Shown: positions 9,478 to 19,738 of the stretch, one piece after another
How positions within the stretch are numbered: position 1 is the first letter of the stretch
Layout: each line of letters begins with the position of its first letter
Source of the DNA: Patescibacteria group bacterium
GTDB lineage: Bacteria > Patescibacteriota > Patescibacteriia > JAQUQO01
Direction of reading: 5' to 3'
Assembly: GCA_028716045.1 (NCBI GenBank)
Contig: JAQUQO010000001.1
Span: 452,096 to 516,095 of the forward strand
DNA: 64,000 nucleotides
Notes under the pieces: generated by a model
Told to the model about the DNA's origin: nothing
Seen by the model: the letters and a program-made list of their open reading frames with translations, nothing else
Database searches by the model: none
Made by a program: the position numbers and the translations under genes

Positions 9478-12400
9478 CTATTCTATAACTCCGGTATAAG
9501 CAATGGCTCTGATCGCCGCCCAATCAAGAGGAGATTTGGGAAGGCGCCAAAAGATTGCCTTAAATTTGACAATGGCCGTTTTTTCCTTACTAAGTTCGCG
9601 GCTAAAACGGATGCGATACATCATGGTATTCCAAGCTAAATCCTCCTTGGCATCTTGGAAATTCGGTTCGTGCCCGACAATCTTTTTAAACATTTTCAAT
9701 ACCGTCCCCACCTGCGCTCTTTCTTTAGTGAGATTGCGTCCCACCGGCTTGGCGCCGATAGCCATTTTCTGGATATCTTCCCAGCTAACCGCCCCGCGAC
9801 CAACTGTCTCCAAATAATCGCGAATAACCGCCCGACGTTCTCCGGCACCGAGATTCTTAGTCTCTGTTGAAATACCATAACTGACGAAATTAGTGATGGC
9901 TGTCTCCTGCGCTTCCGTCAGACCAACTTTGAAAGCAATGGCGTCGGATTTGATGAGCGGCAGGTATTTGGCTTCGTCCGATTGTTTGCGAATCAAACTA
10001 AGCCCGGAAAGTATTTCCTCCACTTGGGAGGGGTCCTTAATAAGCACCGCCACCGGCGCGGGAGTCGCGACCGGAGCCGGCGTAATGGTTACTGCCTCAG
10101 GAGTTGTGGTCGGGGTCGGCGTACCGCCGCCACCGCCGGGCGACTGGCTCGGCGTCGGAACGTTCGCGGTGATACTCACTTCGCTGCTATCGGTATAGTT
10201 GGCATTTATATCCACCGTACGAATGGCATATTTATAGAAAGTTCCGGTAGTGACTGACCGGTCGGTGAAAGTTTTAACGCCATCCTGAACAACGGCATAA
10301 GACGAAGGGTTGACTAAAGAATTGCCTCCGTTATTTCTTAAAATTTCAATGTAATCAAAATCCGCGTCAGTCGGGTCGGTCCAAGTGAGGGTGACGCTGG
10401 TGCCATCCGTGGAAATGCCGATATTCTCCGCGATTCCCGGCGGAACCGGGTCCCCGTTGCGGCCAGAGGAAGAACCGCTGACAGAACCCAAAACACCGAA
10501 GGATGAAAAGTGGCTCACTTGGCAAGTAATGGAATTGTTTTCCGTATCCACGGTGGTTGGGAAAGTCTCCCAGGTCTGGGAAGAAACATTAAACGTCCCG
10601 CACATAAGTTTGGATTCATCTACGCCTGCGGCCGTCACGTCAGCGGCAGTATAAGGCAAAGTTAAGGTGACAGCATCGCCGCTTAAGGACTTACCAAGCG
10701 CGTTACCGCTGGAATCTTTGGGGGCAATATCATAACCGCTGGCTCCGACAAAATTCATATCCGTGCCCGGGTCAACGGCAATGGTGGGGTCTTTGGTAAT
10801 ATCAATTTTACCGGTGTTGGAATCGGTAGTGGAAAGTGTTGAGCTTGGGATATTAATCTCTAACCCCGCTATTTGATCTGATTTAATAAGACCGCCGGTG
10901 GAAGGGACTAAGGTTCCCGTGTCACTACCCGAAGTGAATCCCGTAATATCAGTGTCAAGGGATAAGGTCGCTGTGGAACCGCCCTGCACCACGCCGCCGG
11001 AAATCACTACTGAACCGGCGGAGGATTTCTTGCCGTTATCGCCATAAGCCTCCACGCTCCAAGTACCGTTGGTCAAATTAAGAGTGGCATTGCCGGTTGT
11101 CTTGTCATTTTCTGCCACAATAACCTTGCCATCTTTAGTGGCGATAACTTTAGCATTGCCAGTATAAGCAGCTCCGCTCAATTGCACGGCAATCGTATGG
11201 CCGGTGCCATTGGCGCCGCTGGCCTTGGTCAAGGTAATAGGCGTAGACATTGTCAGGTTGCCTCCGGAAACTACAGCGGTAGTTGTTGCTGGCTCATAAC
11301 CAGGTTTAAACACTCTGACATTATAAGTGCCTTCCGGTACATTAGTTAAACTAAAATTATTATCCGGATCTGATTGGGCGGTTGACATAACGTCAAAGAA
11401 TCGACCGCTATTGGCATTGGAAAAAATAATTCTGGCTCCGAAAATATTACTTGAACCGTCATAAACACGCCCGGTGACAGTGCGCAAATTAGCCGGCGGA
11501 GTACAAGTGACAGCGTGCGTACCGCCAGCTGTCACGGTTACTGTCTGGCCAGCGCAGAGTTCTCCATATTTCGGACCGCCGCCACGCACCGTATAAGTAC
11601 CGGGTGGAACTTTTACGATATAGGCTCCGCTACTATTCTGGCTGATACCAGCTCCGCGGCCATTGCTGTCGCGAATGTCCACAAAAGCATCAGCAATGCC
11701 GGTGATAGTAACCGTGACTGTCCCCGGGTTGCCCATAGAAAGATCAACAGTTACTGCCCCGCCGGAAGACACAGTCACTCCGGTTACCGGAGTCAAAGGA
11801 CCAGCTCCATATATAAATCCGTCGCAAGTATAATTTGAACCGGCCTTTACTTTTATCGAGTAAGTACCGTCATTACCAGATTGAGTATTATTACCTCCGC
11901 TGGAACTATGGCAAGCCACAAAAGCTCCGCCGGTTGCCACGTTATTTTTCTTAACCGTGCCGGAAATCGTGCCATAACTCGCCGCAGTAGCGGCAATATT
12001 TTGTCCAGTAGCGGAAGTGGTGCCAGAAATCACTACCACTTTATTACCCACTTCTCCATATGACGGAGCATAGGCGCGCACACACCAAGTTCCGGCAGAA
12101 ACATACAAAGTATAATTGCCGGATTGGTCGGTTGGCGAATCGGCATGGCCGCCGGTAGGTGTAAAACTTTCGCAAGTGCCTCCCGAAGCAATTTTCTCCG
12201 CGCCTACATTAGCATATTTTATGCCATTGCCGGCTTCATCTAAAACCTGCCCGGAAATTGTGGTGGAACTCTTTACCATTTTTATGGTGATAGAAGCCAC
12301 GCCCGTACCGTTTTGAGTTAAGGAACCGCTTTTATCAACTGTCACTTCCTGCTCTTCGGACATCGGCATGCCCGGAGCGTCAGCGCCCACGATGTAAGTA

Positions 12401-15400
12401 CCCGGTGAAACTTTTACGGAAAAACTGCCATCGGATTTACTTTGACTAAACCCGCCGAAACACTCCATACCCTCACCGGTAGTGGCATCAAAACAACCGA
12501 TTGGCGCCGCGTGCACATAAACATTGGCAATTCCATTATTACTGCCGTCTTTAACAAAACCAGTAATAGTATTGCCGGCGACTACTAAATCAAAAGTGAT
12601 GGCCGAGGGGTTGGAATCTGTGGGAACCACGACATCAACCGGCTTGGGCGGCATAAAATCAAAATCCGGCATTGGCGGAGGTCCGCCATTACCCATGGAT
12701 GTCGTCGGCATATGCGGACCGGCGCCGCAAGTATAGGTATTGCCGGGTTGAAGTTTAACCGTCGTCGTTCCCGCCCCAGCCCCATCCAAAGTTATGGTCT
12801 TCATAGTCGGCGTGGAAAACTGGTAATCCGAACCCCCGGAATGACAGAAAACATCAATGCTTTTGCCGCTCATCGCCGCCGAACTGGCAATTGTCACACC
12901 GAGCGATTTGCCGGTAGCGGACAAGTCGGCAAATTTAAAATCAGCATCAGTCTTGGAAGCATCAGATAAAGTAATATTCTGGAAACCTCCGCCGCCGCCA
13001 CCGACGTTAGCTAAACACCCCTGACCCGTAGGCAAACCACAACCGTATTGACCGGCTGACAATCCCGAAATAGACCAGTCGCCGGAAGCATCAGTAGAGG
13101 TTTCCAGATGACCAGCCGTCACACCGGTACCATAACCGCCCATGGAATCGCAGAAAACTCTGGCCCCCACAACCGCGCTATCTTCTCCGCCGCAAGTGCC
13201 GCCGGAAGCCGAGCCCTTACAAACCGTTCCTGAAATAGTCAAACTTCCGGCAGCGCTAACAGAGAACGGCGATGCCTGTAAAGTTTGGCCAAGTTTAACT
13301 CCGGTATTATCTTTAATAACAATAGGAACTCTTTGATTATCTGCTGGGGTGGAAGGATTTTTAAGACCTTGTAATTCAAAGTGAATTTGGTCACCGGAAG
13401 CAATAGCGGCCGTACCGGTAGTAACCGTAATAGTCAGAGCCACACTATCTATGGCTGCCGAAGCGATAGTCGGCGCGTTAGCGGCTGGGCCATTAATATC
13501 CCGATTTAACCAGGAATCCTGCTCGGTCGGCACGCCGATACTAGTCAAAACAAAACCAGTGGGCATAGTTAAAATAAATTGCGAGCCCGAGGGTAATGCC
13601 GCCGGAGCGGGAAATTCACAATCTAAATTGCCTGTCTTATCAGTCAGAGAATTTACTGGCTGACACCTTACGGGGTTCATCCAAAAAGTAGCAAAGTTGG
13701 TACCTGACTGAAAATCCTGAGTATTACCCGTACCAAGCATTCCGCCGGTGGTGGCTGAATTAAGAACCTTGAAATTAGCTATGTTATTTGAACTGTCCGT
13801 ATCCATGACATTACCGGCTAAATCGCGAACTCCTGTGCTAACAGTCAAACGGCAACTTTGGTCAGTCTGTAAACCTAAGGCGCGAATTTCCAATTCTTTA
13901 GTGTCTGGACGCCAAGAAGCATCTTTGCCGGCAAGATTAACTGTCACCCCTACCGGGCATTCAAAAGTAAGATTAGTGGTGTTAGGATTACTGCCGCTCA
14001 AAATATCAGGGACTTGTAGCGCCTCTGAGAAATGAGCCACTAATTTAAAATTATCCGCGTCAGCAAAAAGCAACTTGGGCTTAGTGGTATCTGAGTCATT
14101 GGCCGTCGTAAAACATTGATTGGCCGAAGCGGTCAAGGCATTACCCGCCATATCTTCAATAGCATTAGTCACTTGAAAACAATATTTTGTGTTACCTGCC
14201 AGCGCTGATTTCAAACCCATACGGACGGTCATACTCGCCGGGTCATAAAACATTGAGAGATCATCTGACCCCAACAATGTTTCTCCACCGTCCCTTGCGT
14301 TATTACTATTGGCATCGGCGTATAAACCGATATTGGTTCCCAGGGAAAAAGTAGTGGAATCAAGGGCTTCGGAAAAATAAATGCCTACTTCCGGCACATA
14401 ACGGGAAACGCCAGTAGCTTCGTTGGCGGGAGAAGTGGGATTAGTAGTTCTGATTGTCGGAGCGGTAGTATCAGTCTCAGTGCCGGTGATGAATCTCGCT
14501 ATATAAGGCGGATTCACCGCTACGCCGGCGCTATTGGTCATTGTTGCTTCCACCCTCAATTCATATTCAGTACTAACGGTTAAGGCCGTTGCCGGTTCAA
14601 CCGTTAAAGTTCTGTTAGTGGAATTATAGGTTAAAGTACAATCGGCTCCGCAAAGGTCATCGCCCGACGGGATACCAGAACTCAAGGCCTTAAACGTGAT
14701 GTTGGCATGATTATCAACGGCACCAGCGCCGGAAGTTATCATATCCCCTTCCGGGCCCTGAGAAAAAGTTAAAGTCATTTTTGTATTGGTCGGCACCAAG
14801 GTAGTACCGGGCATGGGAGTACTGTTCATTACGCGGGGCATTGTACTATTATCTCCGCCGCTAAAAGAACTGGTAGTAAACATTCCTTCAAAAGCCAAAC
14901 CGGACGGCACTCCGCCAGCGCAAACCTCTATTGGGCAGTCACCGGCCGCGTTGCCTGCCACATCAGTCACGCTATTGGTGATAAAAAATCTATATCCTCC
15001 CGTGGCCCGTACCGGCAAAGCATCGTGATTACAAATAATTCGATTATTGTTGCTAAGAGTAGTGGAAGTGCAAAGATTCGTTGTCCCGAAAACATCCCCC
15101 GGGTCAACGGTTACCAATCTTACTGTGTCATTATCAAGGCTGCCGCCGTCAGCTGTGACAGTGTTAGGATTTAAGTTTTCCGAAAATTGCCGATCTAATA
15201 AGGCATCCACCGGAACATTGCCCTGACCGGTCGGAGGACCACCCGTGGTTGTCGCTACTGGAGCAATGGCATCATCGGTGATAGTAATTATATTAGACGT
15301 CTTGGCAGTGATGGTCGGCGAAGAACCCGAAGTAACTATGCCGTCAGCGGCAATACCCACGGTAAAAGCATGACCGACCGTAGGCGCATCAGAAATTTCC

Positions 15401-15924
15401 GCCATGACAATAAAAGTAGTTGAGGTGGCCGGGATGGCATTATCAAGAATAGTCATTGATTCTGTCCAAGGGCTACCCCCGCTTAAGCCATCTGACATTG
15501 CGGCATAAACATCTTCAAGGGGGTCATAAGTACCATTGCCATTAGCATCTCTTACCACCCATAAGGGAGCGTTGCCACCGCCAGCCGAAGCCAAATCGCC
15601 AGAAGCAAACCCGCTTGAACCGGTAATTGTAAATGTTAGACTGGTAATTGTTTCTCCGCTACTGGCGGCTAAATTAAATTTTAATACCTGCACAAATGAT
15701 GGGGCTGTGCCATATACGCTAGCCTTAGCTTTTTGTCCGGAAAAAGTCATATCCGTGGCTCCGCTGGCGGTTACTGCCGCTAAAGCAAAGCCCGGGAAAA
15801 GAATAACGATTGAAGCTCCTACTGACCACAAAATAGTCGTAAAAACGATAAAAAGCGTGCCGAGCCGGTTCACGCTTTCCCTTAATTTGCGATGCCATTT
15901 CTTATTTTTTGAACATCTTTTCAT
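9478..15924 (-). CDS. Giant (2148 aa) secreted surface protein with Ig-like, carboxypeptidase-regulatory-like and FN3-like domains
   Basis: Signal peptide (TILWSVG...ALA); repeated FSE.L...V.D.AGN Ig-like units; ISG.V.D...G.Y/F repeats; LTWTDP.D.D FN3 unit; P/T-rich linker; basic helical C-terminal domain. Confidence 0.9.
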   Translation of the reverse strand: MKRCSKNKKWHRKLRESVNRLGTLFIVFTTILWSVGASIVILFPGFALAAVTASGATDMTFSGQKAKASVYGTAPSFVQVLKFNLAASSGETITSLTFTITGSSGFASGDLASAGGGNAPLWVVRDANGNGTYDPLEDVYAAMSDGLSGGSPWTESMTILDNAIPATSTTFIVMAEISDAPTVGHAFTVGIAADGIVTSGSSPTITAKTSNIITITDDAIAPVATTTGGPPTGQGNVPVDALLDRQFSENLNPNTVTADGGSLDNDTVRLVTVDPGDVFGTTNLCTSTTLSNNNRIICNHDALPVRATGGYRFFITNSVTDVAGNAAGDCPIEVCAGGVPSGLAFEGMFTTSSFSGGDNSTMPRVMNSTPMPGTTLVPTNTKMTLTFSQGPEGDMITSGAGAVDNHANITFKALSSGIPSGDDLCGADCTLTYNSTNRTLTVEPATALTVSTEYELRVEATMTNSAGVAVNPPYIARFITGTETDTTAPTIRTTNPTSPANEATGVSRYVPEVGIYFSEALDSTTFSLGTNIGLYADANSNNARDGGETLLGSDDLSMFYDPASMTVRMGLKSALAGNTKYCFQVTNAIEDMAGNALTASANQCFTTANDSDTTKPKLLFADADNFKLVAHFSEALQVPDILSGSNPNTTNLTFECPVGVTVNLAGKDASWRPDTKELEIRALGLQTDQSCRLTVSTGVRDLAGNVMDTDSSNNIANFKVLNSATTGGMLGTGNTQDFQSGTNFATFWMNPVRCQPVNSLTDKTGNLDCEFPAPAALPSGSQFILTMPTGFVLTSIGVPTEQDSWLNRDINGPAANAPTIASAAIDSVALTITVTTGTAAIASGDQIHFELQGLKNPSTPADNQRVPIVIKDNTGVKLGQTLQASPFSVSAAGSLTISGTVCKGSASGGTCGGEDSAVVGARVFCDSMGGYGTGVTAGHLETSTDASGDWSISGLSAGQYGCGLPTGQGCLANVGGGGGGFQNITLSDASKTDADFKFADLSATGKSLGVTIASSAAMSGKSIDVFCHSGGSDYQFSTPTMKTITLDGAGAGTTTVKLQPGNTYTCGAGPHMPTTSMGNGGPPPMPDFDFMPPKPVDVVVPTDSNPSAITFDLVVAGNTITGFVKDGSNNGIANVYVHAAPIGCFDATTGEGMECFGGFSQSKSDGSFSVKVSPGTYIVGADAPGMPMSEEQEVTVDKSGSLTQNGTGVASITIKMVKSSTTISGQVLDEAGNGIKYANVGAEKIASGGTCESFTPTGGHADSPTDQSGNYTLYVSAGTWCVRAYAPSYGEVGNKVVVISGTTSATGQNIAATAASYGTISGTVKKNNVATGGAFVACHSSSGGNNTQSGNDGTYSIKVKAGSNYTCDGFIYGAGPLTPVTGVTVSSGGAVTVDLSMGNPGTVTVTITGIADAFVDIRDSNGRGAGISQNSSGAYIVKVPPGTYTVRGGGPKYGELCAGQTVTVTAGGTHAVTCTPPANLRTVTGRVYDGSSNIFGARIIFSNANSGRFFDVMSTAQSDPDNNFSLTNVPEGTYNVRVFKPGYEPATTTAVVSGGNLTMSTPITLTKASGANGTGHTIAVQLSGAAYTGNAKVIATKDGKVIVAENDKTTGNATLNLTNGTWSVEAYGDNGKKSSAGSVVISGGVVQGGSTATLSLDTDITGFTSGSDTGTLVPSTGGLIKSDQIAGLEINIPSSTLSTTDSNTGKIDITKDPTIAVDPGTDMNFVGASGYDIAPKDSSGNALGKSLSGDAVTLTLPYTAADVTAAGVDESKLMCGTFNVSSQTWETFPTTVDTENNSITCQVSHFSSFGVLGSVSGSSSGRNGDPVPPGIAENIGISTDGTSVTLTWTDPTDADFDYIEILRNNGGNSLVNPSSYAVVQDGVKTFTDRSVTTGTFYKYAIRTVDINANYTDSSEVSITANVPTPSQSPGGGGGTPTPTTTPEAVTITPAPVATPAPVAVLIKDPSQVEEILSGLSLIRKQSDEAKYLPLIKSDAIAFKVGLTEAQETAITNFVSYGISTETKNLGAGERRAVIRDYLETVGRGAVSWEDIQKMAIGAKPVGRNLTKERAQVGTVLKMFKKIVGHEPNFQDAKEDLAWNTMMYRIRFSRELSKEKTAIVKFKAIFWRLPKSPLDWAAIRAIAYTGVIE

Positions 15925-16062
15925 AAAACCTCTTAAATTTTAAGTTTATTAAAAATATATAAAAAATTAAAATTTAACCCTCCTTTTGGACTAATATAAA
16001 AATTTGTTCCTCTTGTACTAAAGAGTTATCCACAAGCACTTTTTCTCACTTTTCTGTATTAA

Positions 16063-16091
16063 ATTATACCAAAAATTAAACCGTCAAGCAA
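16063..16091 (-). promoter_or_regulatory. Promoter of the giant gene, with a DnaA-box-like 9-mer downstream (16026-16034)
   Basis: Minus strand TTGCTT-17nt-TATAAT with TG extension; TTATCCACA in the leader. Confidence 0.55.
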
Positions 16092-16214
16092 TTAAAAAGG
16101 GTGGAGGGGGTGGTTAAAACAATACTCGGTGGTCCGTAAGCTGTAAGCCATAAGCCAATTACAGACTATCCCCTACCCCAGTCATTCGATTAGATAGGGC
16201 TTGGGGAACTAACT

Positions 16215-16916
16215 TTATAATTCCGGGGAATTTTTGTTATTCGCGTATAAAAATCCCATATTTTTTTCAAATTTTGACGGGAAAATTTGCGTTCCAAATC
16301 CTTTTTCTCGCAACATACCCTCTAATTCTTTATGCGACCGATTATTAAAATTATGATATTCCAAGATAATGGCTTTGATTCTCTCCCATTCCCCTTCTGC
16401 CAAACCCTTAAAAACCTCAAATTCTCCTCCTTCTATATCCATTTTAAGAAGGGGGATTTTCTTTATCTTCTCTAAACGAAGTAAATCCCCTAAGCTCACT
16501 ACTGACACTTTAACGAAATCAGAACATTCTCCCCCCTCTTCCGCCAAGCGATGGTTGTGACTGTCCGCAGAAAGACAAAGACGCCCTTCACCGGACTTGC
16601 CGCCCAAAGCAACGGGCAAAACTTTCACTCCCGAAATTTCATTTTCCGTAAGATGTTTTTTTAACATTTCGCGATTCTTGGCTTCCGGTTCCAGCGCGAA
16701 TATCTTCACCCGGTCATTAAAGCTGCGGGCGTATAACGTAAAAAATCCGGCGTGCGCGCCGACATCTATAATCGGCTCGCTCGCCGACTTAATCGCCTCT
16801 TCGGCCGCGCGATATTCTCTCAATTTAAAAATTTCCGCGACCACGCTGCGGTCCGCTTCGTCTCGCGGATAAATTTTATAAACCCGGCCGTTAAATTTTA
16901 TAACTTCCTGCTGCAT
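16215..16916 (-). CDS. FkbM-family SAM methyltransferase
   Basis: IDVGAHAG, ALEP, LLKMDIEGGE; start moved to MQQEV (16916) to avoid overlap. Confidence 0.88.
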   Translation of the reverse strand: MQQEVIKFNGRVYKIYPRDEADRSVVAEIFKLREYRAAEEAIKSASEPIIDVGAHAGFFTLYARSFNDRVKIFALEPEAKNREMLKKHLTENEISGVKVLPVALGGKSGEGRLCLSADSHNHRLAEEGGECSDFVKVSVVSLGDLLRLEKIKKIPLLKMDIEGGEFEVFKGLAEGEWERIKAIILEYHNFNNRSHKELEGMLREKGFGTQIFPSKFEKNMGFLYANNKNSPEL

Positions 16917-16951
16917 ATATATTTTATCGATCGCGCTACGCTTCTTTAAAA

Positions 16952-17902
16952 TTATACGCTGGGACTCCGCTTTCGCAATACGATGGTAAACCATTTCCGC
17001 CCGCGAAGATCCTGATTATCCTCATAGAGGACTCCAAATCCGTCGCCCGCCAACCTCTTAATATCATCGGGGGTATAAAAATAAAAGGTTCTGGGGCCAA
17101 ATTCATCAATTTTTGTTTCTTCTTTATAATCGCCAAATTTTAAAGAAATGTAAAAAATCCCCCCATCATTAAGGGCCACTTGGGCTTTCTCCAAAATCCG
17201 CTTAACGGAGCTTTTATCGGAATGTAATAATGAAGCAAAAGCGAAGATTATATCTAAACCAAGGGGAAATCGGAAATCTTCAAAATCGGCGATTTTAAAA
17301 ACGGTTCCGGGGACATTCGTTCTGGCAAGCGCTATCATTTCCGGAGAAACGTCTATGCCTAAATAATTATTGGTATATTTTATTATTTCTTTGGCATCGC
17401 GGCCGTTGCCGCAACCAAGTTCTAAAATTTTTGGATCTTTCTTGCCGACAAAAGAGAAGGCCCTTTCTATGTCTTTTATTCTCGTCCCCACAGCGTCAAA
17501 CGTACCTGCTAATTTAATCGCTTCCTTTCGGTAAGTATTCATTGTCCTTTGCTTATTATCAATCAGAATTCTACTACCGCCGCGCCAATATCTCGCCCCC
17601 AAAAAGCCGAAGAAACCTAAAAAACCGAAAAACCCCGTGGATAAATCCGGGATTAAACCCAAAAGCCCCACCAACCCCAAAAAACCGATTTTCCATAAAT
17701 CTTTTGGCTCACCTCTTCTGAAGTAAATAAAGGTATTATAAAAAATTGAAGTAATAAAACTTAAAACAAAAACAAAAAATAAAATAAAATAAAAAAATAC
17801 GCCTTCTTCAATTTTAAAAAGACCGTAAAAAGCATTGCGTAAAATGACGGCTAGTATAGACAGCCCGAATAAAATATAGGTTATCTTGGTCTGTTTTTCC
17901 AT
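16952..17902 (-). CDS. Membrane domain fused to a class I SAM methyltransferase
   Basis: N-terminal TM region with GFFGFLGFFGFLG; C-terminal ILELGCGNGRD, GIDVS, ASLLH. Confidence 0.8.
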   Translation of the reverse strand: MEKQTKITYILFGLSILAVILRNAFYGLFKIEEGVFFYFILFFVFVLSFITSIFYNTFIYFRRGEPKDLWKIGFLGLVGLLGLIPDLSTGFFGFLGFFGFLGARYWRGGSRILIDNKQRTMNTYRKEAIKLAGTFDAVGTRIKDIERAFSFVGKKDPKILELGCGNGRDAKEIIKYTNNYLGIDVSPEMIALARTNVPGTVFKIADFEDFRFPLGLDIIFAFASLLHSDKSSVKRILEKAQVALNDGGIFYISLKFGDYKEETKIDEFGPRTFYFYTPDDIKRLAGDGFGVLYEDNQDLRGRKWFTIVLRKRSPSV

Positions 17903-17914
17903 ATTCTCATTCTA

Positions 17915-17953
17915 TCAAAAAATCGCCCCTTGATAAACTCGGGGCGATTTTTT
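17915..17953. repeat. Conserved hairpin (terminator/REP-like), copy 1
   Basis: TCAAAAAATCGCCCC-TTGATAAACTC-GGGGCGATTTTTT; near-identical inverted copy at 23875-23913. Confidence 0.8.
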
Positions 17954-18041
17954 GCCGCTAAAAAGAAAAGGAGGCAAACCTATGGATAGAAATATATTAA
18001 AGAACATCAGCGGCTTGTCTTGTTTGGAGTGAGCGCTACGG

Positions 18042-18479
18042 CTATTTCGGCGTTTCCGGCCTGATTTGGATTGTCTGCGCCGTGATACTACCATCGTCAT
18101 TCTTTTTCCCGCTGACCGTGACTGTCTTACCGATTTCCAAGTCGCTCGTCGCGCCACTCACAAATTTGTTAACCTCCGTGCTTTCCCCGAAAAAAATAAT
18201 TTTAGAACCGCCGTCAGAAAGTTTGACGGTAATACTTTTATCGTCTTTGGAAATGATTTCTCCGGCGATAAATCCTCCGCCCGCTTTCAGGTCTTTCCCC
18301 TCTCCCCCGCCAAACCCCAATTGTCCGGAAGGAGCTTGCCGCCCCGCTGATGGCCAATCGGCAAAATTCACATCGCCTCTCCCGAATTTTTTATGTTGGC
18401 CGTACTTCAGGCCGGCATAGAATGCCCCGCCGCCGGCGACGATAGCCACGATGAGAATGACTAACAATGTTTTCTTCAT
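18042..18479 (-). CDS. Membrane-anchored beta-rich accessory protein of the ABC exporter operon (DUF5666-like)
   Basis: N-terminal TM; GEIISKDDKSITV...DLEIG..V.V.G...DGSITA.TI. Confidence 0.75.
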   Translation of the reverse strand: MKKTLLVILIVAIVAGGGAFYAGLKYGQHKKFGRGDVNFADWPSAGRQAPSGQLGFGGGEGKDLKAGGGFIAGEIISKDDKSITVKLSDGGSKIIFFGESTEVNKFVSGATSDLEIGKTVTVSGKKNDDGSITAQTIQIRPETPK

Positions 18480-18509
18480 ATATTTAATTAGTTTTGAATT
18501 TTTTACTTA

Positions 18510-19730
18510 TTATTCAAATCTCAACGCTTGGATGGGGTTTAGCCCCGCCGCCCGCCGCGCCGGATAGTAGCCGAAAATAATGCCGATGGCCGCCGACACG
18601 CCAAAAGCCAAAATAATTGAAAGTGAAGATACTTCGGTGGTAGTGCCAAACTTGGAAATTATAAAAGAAGCCAGCCAGCCGATAAAAATTCCAACCAACC
18701 CGCCGATGAAAGTAAGCATCACCGCTTCAGCCAAAAATTGCCGGCCAATATCTTTCTTTTTGGCTCCAATCGCTTTGCGCAAACCGATTTCGCGCGTTCT
18801 TTCAGTGACAGTGGTTAGCATCATATTCATAATGCCGATACCGCCGACCACCAGAGAAATGCCGGCGATTGACCCGAGTAAAATCGTTAAAGTATTGGTA
18901 ATGGAAGAAGCGCTGGAAATTATATCTGATTGGTTCATGGTGGAAAAATCAGCGCTCTGCGCGTCGGCAATGTTATGACGAAGCAATAACAACGAGGTAA
19001 TTTCTTCCTGCGTCACTGACATGGAACTTTGGTCAACGGCTTCCACGTTGATAGTGGTGAGATATTCATTGCCCGCCAAAAACCGTTGGGCCGTGGACAG
19101 AGGAATAAAAATCCGGTCGTCCTGGTTGGAAAATCCCGTACCGCCCTTGGAAACCGTCAGGCCGATAACCTTAAACTCCGCGCCCTTAATACGAATCGTC
19201 TGCCCGACAGGATTGACATCTTCGCCAAACAGGTCGTCTCTGACTGTCGGACCCAAAACGGCCACTTTGGAAGTGTTACTCACGTTTTGGTCGGAAATAA
19301 AAACACCCTCTCCGACTTCCAGATTCTTGACGGCGGGATAAGCCGCGGTGGTGCCGATAACCTGCGTATTGGTATTTGAGCCTTTGGCTGTCACTTGATA
19401 ACGACCCGCCACCTCCGACGCAACGGCCTGCACGGTGTTAATCTCATCGGCAATCGCTTCGGCATCGGCCAGCGTTAACGATTGCGCCGCCCCCCACCCT
19501 GACCTGACTTGAGAACCAACTGTCCTTTGCATGCCCGGAGTCACCATAATTAAATTGGAACCCAGCGCCTGGATGCTGGATTCAATAGTGCCGGTCGCTC
19601 CCTGCCCCACGGAAATCATTGCTATTACCGAACCGATACCAATGACAATACCTAAAATCGTGAGTCCGGAACGGGCTTTATTCATGAGCAAGGCCGAAAA
19701 TGTTTCTTTAAATAGATCCGCTGAAAGCAT
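18510..19730 (-). CDS. MacB/FtsX-family ABC permease
   Basis: LTILGIVIGIGSVI; VGGIGIMNMML..VTERTREIGLRKAIGA; PARRAA.LNPIQALR. Confidence 0.95.
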   Translation of the reverse strand: MLSADLFKETFSALLMNKARSGLTILGIVIGIGSVIAMISVGQGATGTIESSIQALGSNLIMVTPGMQRTVGSQVRSGWGAAQSLTLADAEAIADEINTVQAVASEVAGRYQVTAKGSNTNTQVIGTTAAYPAVKNLEVGEGVFISDQNVSNTSKVAVLGPTVRDDLFGEDVNPVGQTIRIKGAEFKVIGLTVSKGGTGFSNQDDRIFIPLSTAQRFLAGNEYLTTINVEAVDQSSMSVTQEEITSLLLLRHNIADAQSADFSTMNQSDIISSASSITNTLTILLGSIAGISLVVGGIGIMNMMLTTVTERTREIGLRKAIGAKKKDIGRQFLAEAVMLTFIGGLVGIFIGWLASFIISKFGTTTEVSSLSIILAFGVSAAIGIIFGYYPARRAAGLNPIQALRFE

Positions 19731-19738
19731 AAAATTTT

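Noticed and set aside
9406-16034. Replication origin suggested by DnaA boxes
   Set aside because: Boxes are single and kilobases apart; no dnaA/dnaN and no switch in gene orientation
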